Part shown: positions 53,121-64,000 of the stretch, one piece after another
How the letters are laid out: every line of letters begins with the position of its first letter
Numbering within the stretch: the first letter of the stretch is position 1
Assembly (NCBI RefSeq): GCF_009914755.1
Contig: NC_060947.1
Length of the DNA stretch: 64,000 bases
DNA from: the human T2T-CHM13v2.0 reference genome, Homo sapiens
Direction: 5' to 3' (one strand)
Made by a program: the position numbers and the translations under genes
The notes under the pieces: model-generated
Database searches by the model: none
What the model was told of the DNA's origin: nothing
What the model saw: only the letters and a program-made list of their open reading frames with translations

Positions 53121-53262
53121 CTGGGCGGGACTGAGGAACTAGGACTGGGACTGGGGCTAGGGCTGGGGGGTTAGGGGACTGGGGCTGGGGCAGGGCTGGG
53201 GCGGGGTGGGAGTAGGGCTGGGGCTAGACTAGGGGTTTGCTGGGAGCAGGGCTGGGGAGGAA
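53121..53262 (-). repeat. XIST repeat B (CCCCAG-type; hnRNPK/Polycomb recruitment)
   Basis: Plus-strand (GGGGCT/GGGACT)n array. Confidence 0.88.
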
Positions 53263-53870
53263 CTGGATGCTAGGCAGGCAGGATACAACGAAAAATTGAA
53301 ATACTCCAATATAATAAGTCTGAATAGAGGACACCAGACCACAGCAATTCAAGTTTCCTGTCTGATAAGTAGGTGATTAGTCAATTAGTGCAGCATCAAG
53401 GATGGGAACAAAGCAAGGCCTGGACCTGTGTAAACCTTCAAACACTCTTTTTTACATTAGGTCATGAAGTTAAATTTTTTACTGTTTCTGTGCTACAGAC
53501 TCTTCAAAGGAAAATAGTTAAGTCAATTTCAAAGAAAATGACCAGCACATTTTTAAAACATTAGAAATGATTTGACTTTGACTATCTACTGCCAAAAAAA
53601 GGTTAAGGAATTTGTAATGAGAAGCTAAAAACTTTAAGGAATTTTAAGGAACTCAAAACAAAAACTCATTAAATGTAATTAAAGTGAATTCTACAAATAA
53701 AGCCTCTTAATACATTTCTATAATAGTCACTTAAGACTTAAATTCAAACACTAGCAAACCACAAAATCAGACTGTATGACTGACATCCAAAAGATAAATA
53801 TAAATCAAAATCCGACCCCAGCATTAGCCAAGGGGTAGGTGTTCCTCTTGAGGAAGGCAGGAATTCCTCT

Positions 53871-53888
53871 TCTGCCACCTGTTGGCCA
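53871..53888 (-). promoter_or_regulatory. CTCF motif (reverse orientation)
   Basis: Minus strand TGGCCAACAGGTGGCAGA closely matches the CTCF core CCASYAGRKGGCRS. Confidence 0.65.
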
Positions 53889-53997
53889 ACGATCATCTGT
53901 GATCCATTCTGGTCCTTGCCACGGCTCACCACCATGTCCACACCAAGCAGGCCTGGAGCACTGCCCATGGCAACAGTGCAGTGCAGGGCAGACCAGA

Positions 53998-54091
53998 GGG
54001 GGGTAGGGGGGTAGGGGGGTAGGGGGGTGGGGAGGTGGGGGGTGGGGGGTGGGGGTGGGGAGTTGGGGGGGTTGGGGGGTGGGGGGGGAGG
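53998..54091 (-). repeat. XIST repeat Bh (C-rich in the RNA)
   Basis: Plus-strand G tracts (GGGGGGTA / GGGGGT)n. Confidence 0.85.
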
Positions 54092-54499
54092 TATACTTAG
54101 CCTTAGGTGAGGCACCAATACAGAGGAATGGAGGGAGGTTCAGACCACACAGCCAGATATCCAGCACTGCAAGAGGCAGCACTGGACAGGAGGGGACAAA
54201 TAAGAGGGGACAGAGGTGGAAAGGCTAAATGTCCTTGAAAAGACCTTGAAAACACCTGGTGTACCGCCCACTGGGAGACATACACGTGGCCCCTCCACTT
54301 CTTTCTCCTGACTGGCTAAAGACAGCTGCGAAGTGCCATGCTAATTCACCCAGGTCTTCGCTGAGTAGCTGGACAGTGTGTCATCAGTCTAATTCCATCT
54401 TCTGCTCTAATTGGCTGTGATCAATTCCACCCCCATTTCTAATTGGTTGGGTTATGCAGCAATCCAGCACTGTCCATCCCACCTTTTCTCCCGCTCTGC

Positions 54500-55145
54500 G
54501 TGGCACTAGGCGGCAAAACCCGCCATCTTTAACAATGCGGCAAGCCCGCCATGATGTCCACGTGACAAAAGCCATGATATACATATGACAACGCCTGCCA
54601 TATTGTCCCTGCGGCAAAACCCAACACGAAAAGCACACAGCAAAGACAAAGAGGCCCGCCATGTTTTACACTGCGGCAAGACCTTCAGCCGCCATCTTTT
54701 CCTGTGTGACCGCACATGTCCACCACCATGCTAACCACTTAACAAAGCCTCGCCCATCATGATGTGGCCTTCCCGCCACTTGAACACTGCGACAGAACTG
54801 GATCCGCCATTTTGGACAACCTAACAAAGCACAGCCCGCCATGCTGAGCAATGCCGCAATGTCAAAATCGCCATTTTAAGCCCTGCACCTTAGTCTTTCC
54901 TAACCTTCCATTTTTAACTAGTCCCTTGTACTGATAAAAGATGATTCTTACTGCCTCCCGATACAACAATCACGCAAAGCTCCTAACAAGCCCCAAATCA
55001 ATTCATTCAGATAGGTTTAGCTCATGCAATGCACATGACTTCCTCTGCCTGACCTGCTATCATCCATCTTGCCTCCCTAGTTTAACTTAGCACAAACGAC
55101 TAGCCCTAAGCCGAGTTATGCGGCAAGTCTAAAATGGCGGCCACT
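54500..55145. promoter_or_regulatory. CpG-rich YY1 motif cluster (XIST P2 region)
   Basis: CGCCATnTT at 54521, 54657, 54690, 54805 and 54869; weaker CGCCATG at 54547 and 54837; reverse AAAATGGCGG at 55131. Confidence 0.8.
54548..54591 (-). repeat. XIST repeat F (2 copies)
   Basis: GCCATGATGTCCACGTGACAA (54548) and GCCATGATATACATATGACAA (54571). Confidence 0.75.
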
Positions 55146-55298
55146 TTTCCTCCACAATCTGAACACGCCCTTAGCTTAACTGCAGAGTCATTCTCTGCCA
55201 AAGCGGTAGGTACACTCACACACCACCAAATGATCAGCAGCAAAAAAAAGTGTAGATATTCCAGAGAGTGCAACAACCCACAAAACCAACATTTTTTC

Positions 55299-55699
55299 AT
55301 CCATAAAAAGCACCGATGGGCGATGAAAAAAAAAAATCAAAGCAGGTATCCGCGGCCCCGATGGGCCAGAAAAACAAAAATTAAAGCAGGTATCCGAGGC
55401 CCCGATGGGCAAGGAAAAATAAAAAAAAAAAAAAGCAGGTATCCGAAGCCCCGATGGGCCAAAAAAAGAAAATTTTTAAAAAGCAGATATCCGTCACCCC
55501 GATGGGCCAGAGTGTTGGGGGTTCAGAGGGGAAGGGAATCAGCAGGTATCCGATACCCCGATGGGCTAAGGAAAAAAAAATAAAAAGCAGGTATCCGCGG
55601 CCCCGATGGGCGAATAAAAAAGAATTAAAAGGCAGGTATCCACGGCCCCGTTGGGCAAAGAAAAAATAATAAAACCAGGTATCCGCAGCCCCGATGGGC
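55299..55699 (-). repeat. XIST repeat A (8 full 26-nt units plus 1 half unit, U-rich spacers; SPEN-binding silencing domain)
   Basis: Plus-strand units of type AGCAGGTATCCGCGGCCCCGATGGGC at ~55341, 55385, 55434, 55482, 55541, 55586, 55631 and 55674; half unit CACCGATGGGC at 55311; mostly A-rich spacers. Confidence 0.97.
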
Positions 55700-56019
55700 A
55701 AAATATAGAAAAGAGAGTGGAAGAGTAAAAAACTGATCCACAAAAAACAGAGATGTCAACCAAAAATGATTCCAAAGAAAAATTCCTTAAATATTAAAAA
55801 TTGCCTCAAAATATTCCAAATACTTTCTTTAAAAAAATATGGAGGACGTGTCAAGAAGACACTAGGAGAAAGTATAGAATTTAAAAAAATATTTTATGGA
55901 ATTTAGGTGATTTTTTTAAAGAAATACGCCATAAAGGGTGTTGGGGGACTAGAAAATGTTCTAGAAAGAACCCCAAGTGCAGAGAGATCTTCAGTCAGGA
56001 AGCTTCCAGCCCCGAGAGA

Positions 56020-56110
56020 GTAAGAAATATGGCTGCAGCAGCGAATTGCAGCGCTTTAAGAACTGAAGGGGGGGCTGAGGGCGGAGAGAGCATAAGAGGC
56101 GTGGCCTAGA
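56020..56110 (-). promoter_or_regulatory. XIST P1 core promoter
   Basis: Minus strand: GC box CCGCCC (56079-56084), TATA-like TTAAAG (56054-56059), YY1-like GCCATATTT just downstream. Confidence 0.8.
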
Positions 56111-57430
56111 AGATTGAAAGCCGGACATCTTTGTGATTTGGTTGGTTCAAAATTTACCCAGTAAGGACAAAAAAGGGAAATTTCAAGAAAGCAAAGACAT
56201 ACCAGAAAGAACATTAACTGGAAGTAGACTTCATTTCTAGACCAGGAGTCACAACTTCAATGGGTTTTCCAGTTCTCATCTATAACATGGGGACATTGAG
56301 TAAATCAAGCAATAATTAATGCTAAAATCCTCCATAAACTGCATAATAAATGTAAAGATGTTAATTCAGCTTGGTTTTGAGAATGGGGGAAGGGATAGGT
56401 AGAGCTTTGATGTGTTGATAAAGTATCCAAATATATCATTCAAACCAGAATTTGTAACTCCTCCACCAAACTTTTGAACCAAAGAAGCTAGAAAGGAGTA
56501 ATACATTGAGGTTAGTACCATCTTCAAGGGACTTCCCATTCCATTATCCCATGTAATAGATAATGGAATATGTATTGCATAGATAATAATAAAGGATTAT
56601 TCCTGTTTTATACATTAAAATAGAGTCCTATAGAGGTTACATCATGTGCCCGAGGTCACACACCATGATTCAGAGTCAATGTAGTTTTTACTCCAACACT
56701 CTACCTTGTATGGCTCCCAACCATAAGAGAACGGAAGTGCTTACGAGTCAATTGGTGAGCAAGAGAGAAAAAGGAAAGAAAGACATTTCATAGAATGGCT
56801 ATTTGGTTCCTAAATAATCAAGAAAGAGTACTGTTTGTGACCTGTTTGTAATTTTTTAACTATGACTCCTTAATCTTTACTATTTTCCTATTTCCTCCAT
56901 GAATCTGAGGAACCCAACATTGGACCAACCATATGACACAGTAGTGAAGTTGACCCTCTGTCAGTAACTGATAAGTGGTAGGAAGAAAAAGCTCATATAA
57001 AAGCCAAAGCTGCCCTCAGAAACCTGGCTATTTCAGTAGGAAGCAATTAATCTCATAAACTCTTCTATGTCATTCGAGAAACAACAGAGAACCAGAAGGG
57101 AGACAATGGCAACTTAAGTATTATAGAGCAACTTCTAGAAAGTCAAAGGATACATTACCCTCCCACTGGCTGAACTGGAAAGTGTAACTATCGACCCAAA
57201 TCTATCAGGTAAGCTTGCTCTTCAGTTTCCAGAAAAATAATAAAGTATGCAAATTTTCTTCCTTAAGAAATACCTTCCATCTTCTAAGTGTCCTTGGATC
57301 AAACAAAAAAAGTAATCTGACTTGTCATTCCAAATGAGGGTTATTGTATTGTAAAGTGGTGCAATACAATGGTACCTTTGAGAAAACAATGCTTAACAAA
57401 GAGAGAAACTACCTACAGTGACACCTATGA

Positions 57431-57853
<423 letters not shown>

Positions 57854-59015
57854 CTAAAGACTCAAGTAGCATCAAATATAAAAGATTGATAAATTTGACT
57901 CTGAAATTAAAACCTTTTGTTTCACAAAAATACCTTTTCAAATAAAAAGGCAAAAAGACAATTTATAAACTGGTTGTCCTGGGTTTCTGTGACCAGGCCC
58001 TGGTTCCAGGTGGGCAGCCACGCTAGCAGATCACTCTCATTGGTTGTCATTGGAGTTTTTTAAATGGTAACTCTTAAGGCTAGGCATGCAAAATGGTGCT
58101 GATGTGCCGTTATGGGGTGACACTCACATTGGACACAGGACATGTTCAGAGCTGTGGCCTACCTAAATCCACTGTTGACCCTTAGGCTAAAGAAACTGCA
58201 AAAGCAAGAAATTTATAATTTCAATACAAAGAGGTTCCAGAGTGCCATTGCAAAAATGGAAGTAGTACAGTGTTGCTATGTTTTTCTCATAGAGGGAGAT
58301 GTGAAATTAGCCAGGAATGGTGCATTTGACAATAAACACAAAGAGATGATTTCTGGACCTAAAAAGGAAGATATGGTGCAAGGTCATTATAAAAATTGAT
58401 ATGTGAACTGTTGAATAAACAAATACGTAAGCATCTCTTCTCCACCTGGTATTCTAAATTTTCATTGATAAATCACTACACCTCACATGGGCCCATGTAT
58501 TTGTAATATATTTTTAATCAAACTGTTTACATTAAAAGGAACTTCTGAAAAATATTTGCCTAGGCCTTTGCCCTAGAGCAGTCCTGCCCTCTTCTGCCAT
58601 TTATCACCTTCAGGTTTTACTTACTCCCCTGCCCTCACTAGCTTTCAATTCACTTTACTTCCTCCTCTTCCCGACCTGGCCTCACCTTCACTACTGCTTG
58701 GCTCCATTTTATAAACCTGTTAGGATCAGAAGTATGGAAACTGAGACACTAGAAGGAAAAGTGACTTGCTCAAAGTCAATTAGCTAGTAAGAGTTGGGCT
58801 CTGATGGGGATATTTCAGGCATATTTTCTGTGGCCATGCCATAGCTGTGTTAGCATCCTCTTCTTTGGGCTCCCAATCACATGGCACACAATAGGAAGAA
58901 ATCAGGTCCTCTTTTTAAAGATTCAGATTATTCCAGTTCTAGGATTGTCACTATGTTCATCTGTACATCCTCTCCTCTGCTAAATTAGGCCCAAAAAAAG
59001 CCGGCACTGTCGACT

Positions 59016-59034
59016 TAGCCACCAGATGGCAGCA
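59016..59034 (+). promoter_or_regulatory. CTCF motif (forward orientation), ~3 kb upstream of XIST
   Basis: TAGCCACCAGATGGCAGCA is a near-consensus CTCF core, with an upstream GCACTGTC module. Confidence 0.75.
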
Positions 59035-59848
59035 TAAAATCACCAAAGAAGCACTGAGCCTGTCTGCAGGAAAGGAGCCAAAGTTGTATACAGGGCAGGA
59101 CCAGAATCTGATATAAAGGGGGGAAAGTCTGATTCATACAAGGTCAGTATCAGAAGAAAGGGTCAAAGAAAAGTGCTCAACCCCCTCTAATTTGAAGAGC
59201 CCCTCCCCCCACTAAACAGGAGTCTGTCCTTGGCTTCAGGGCTATGCCATTTAAAGAGGACTTTGATAAAGCCTTCAGGATCTAATTAGCAGGCTGGTGG
59301 GGGCCCTCCAAATCATCACCAGTGAAAAGCAGTTAAAGGGACCAGGACATATTATGGAAAAGAAAATAAAAGACCTGGGGAAGGGCTCTTTACAACTCAA
59401 AGGGCTGTCTGCAATGGGGGAAGTTGATGAATAGTCCTGTTGTGTGTAGTTCTAATAAATAAAGACGTCTGAATACTCTGAGCTGTCCAAAGATGGAACA
59501 GTTAACACCTCCAGAACTGGTGAATGCCAGTCTCTGAAGACCTGCAAGCCAATAGTGGATTTTGTGAGGATGCTACAGAGACAATCAACAGATAGAAAAG
59601 TTGTGCTATATGCCTTGTAAGGGTCTTCCAAATAGCCCCAAATCCTATGAACCTCATCACAGTACTTGGGCCATTCCTCTAGCCCTCAAACACACTATTT
59701 ATGATATCCTTCAAAAGTGTATTAGGATGTTGGGAAAGGTTTTCTAGTTTATCAAAAGAGAACACGGGGTTATACATATTAAAGCTCAGTGAGTATATGC
59801 TTAACAATTGTATACATAGTTCACGTCAACATTAAAAATACTGTAAAT

Positions 59849-60150
59849 GGGCTGGGTACGTTGGCTCACACCTTTAATCTCAGCACTTTAGGAGGCCAAG
59901 GCAGGAGGATCTTTTGAGGCCAGGAGTTCGAGATCAGCCTGGGCAAAATAGAGAGACCTCTGTCTCTACAAAAATAAAAAATATAAAAATTAGCCAGGCG
60001 TGGTGGTGCATACCCGTAGTTCTAGCTTCTCAGGAGGATGAAGCAGGAGGATTGATTGAGCCCAGTAGTTCAAGGATACAGTGGGCTGTGATTGCCCCAC
60101 TGAACTCCAGACTGGGTGAGAAAGCAAACGCTACCTCAAAAAAAATTACA
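59849..60150 (+). mobile_element. AluJ-like SINE
   Basis: Diverged full Alu. Confidence 0.88.
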
Positions 60151-60172
60151 ATCTATTAAAAACATCACCAGT

Positions 60173-60460
<288 letters not shown>

Positions 60461-60719
60461 TCACCAGCAAACACTAGGGAGAGGGAGGAATTTTATTTCC
60501 CAAGGTATCACATTATAATATTAAAACTGTGCAGTTTTTATTAAAAAATTACAAGGCATACAAAAAACAGGAAATTATAGCTAATATATAGAAAAAAAGG
60601 TAATTAACAAAAAATGGTCCCTGAGAAAGTACCAACATTAAACTTACTAGACAAGGATTTTAATTAATTAATTAATGTGCTTATTTATTTTCTCATTTTT
60701 AGTTTTTCTAGTAGTTCTT

Positions 60720-62870
<2,151 letters not shown>

Positions 62871-62889
62871 ATGATAAAACTTTGGAACC

Positions 62890-64000
62890 ATGATTACAGT
62901 GTAAGAGTATTCTGAATTTGACCATGTGTTTACTTTTACTGGTAAGTTTTATACTTTCATATCTTTTCATTTCATTCATTAATATCTTGTTCTTTCAGAT
63001 TGGAAAACTTTGTTTAGCATTTCTAAGGCAGGCCTTGTTTGATGAATTCCCTCAGCTTATGTCTGGGAAAGTTTTTATTTCTCATTCAATTCTGAAAGAC
63101 AGATTTGCTGATTATAGTAGTCTTAGTTGACAGATTTTTTACTTTAGCACTTAGAATATATCCTCACACTCTTTCCTGGCCCGTAAGGTTTCTGCTGAGA
63201 AATCTAATGGTAGCCATATTAAAGCTTCCTTGTATGTGATATGCTTCTTCTGCTGCTTTGAGAATTCTTTCTTAGTTTTTGAATTTTGATAGTTTGATTG
63301 TAATGTGTCTTGATGAACTCTTCTTTGGGTTGAATTTAATTGCATATTCCTGAGCTTCTTGTAATTCAATATTCTCTTTTCCCAGATGGGAACTTTTTGG
63401 CCATTATTTCTTTAAATAAGCTGTCTGCCTCTTTCTTGCACTCTTCACCATCTGTAGTTTTAGTATCCAAATAGTAGTTTTCTTGGTGGTGTCCCATAGA
63501 CCTGTAGGCTTTCTTAATACTTTTTCATTTTTTTTCTTTTTCTTCTCTGACTGGATGATTTCCAATCATCTATATTTGCATTCAGTTATTTGTTATTCTG
63601 CTTGATGTAATCTGCTATTGAAGCATCTTTGGTATTTTTTACTTCAGTCATCATACTGTTCAGCTTGAAAATTTATCTGGTTCTTTTTTCAAGTTTTGAA
63701 TCTCTGCTTACCTTCTTGTTTTGTTCATATTCTGTCTTCCTGATCTTTTAAAAATATTTGTTTTTTTGTAATTTGCTGAGCTTCTTTAGAACAATTATTT
63801 TGAATACTTTGTCAGGCAATTCATGTACCTCCAATTCTTCGTGGTCACACACTGGAAAGCTTCTTGTGTTTTTCTGGCAATATAATGTTTCCCTGATTCT
63901 TCCTCATCCTTGTAGTCCTGCAAAGGTGTCTGCACTTTTGAAGCAGCAGTCACCTCTTTCAGACATTATGGCCTGGCTTTGGCAAGGAAAGCCCTTTACC
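62890..64000 (-). mobile_element. Old L1 ORF1-region remnant
   Basis: Translation HITYKEALIWLPLDFSAETLRARKECEDIF matches the L1 ORF1p C-terminal domain pattern. Confidence 0.8.

Noticed and set aside
55299-55699. CRISPR-like array (26-nt repeats with variable spacers)
   Set aside because: Spacers are low-complexity A/T runs, there are no cas genes and the context is mammalian; this is XIST repeat A.
58142-58399. Naming the 85-aa ORF (faint resemblance to adaptor sigma subunits or TBP)
   Set aside because: Only scattered residue matches and no nucleotide-level agreement with recalled sequences; left unnamed.

Overview
Human-like (primate) X-chromosome DNA from the X-inactivation centre. The window holds the complete XIST long non-coding RNA gene on the minus strand (about 56069 down to 23967). 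All six exons can be read from canonical GT-AG junctions: about 11.37 kb, 64, 137, 209, 164 and about 7.33 kb, giving about 19.3 kb spliced. The functional tandem repeats A (8.5 copies), F, Bh, B, C, D and E are all visible, as are a YY1-motif cluster (P2 region), CTCF motifs and the poly(A) signal. Downstream of XIST (1-24 kb, the antisense TSIX region) lies an endogenous-retrovirus cluster: a MER41 remnant, a decayed HERV-H provirus (two LTR7-type LTRs, tRNA-His PBS, CTCAG target-site duplication) interrupted by a MER11 solo LTR, and a MER4-family solo LTR. Upstream (57.5-64 kb) is mostly Alu and L1. No intact protein-coding gene is supported. The main system here, XIST-mediated X inactivation, is well known and not new. 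The less familiar observations are an ancient ~110-bp tandem super-array that appears to unite repeats C and D, two unnamed degenerate arrays in exon 6, a readable PDZ-domain fossil in exon 4, divergent CTCF motifs around the promoter, and LTR poly(A) signals in the path of TSIX. Repeat family names come from recalled consensus sequences, not a database search.
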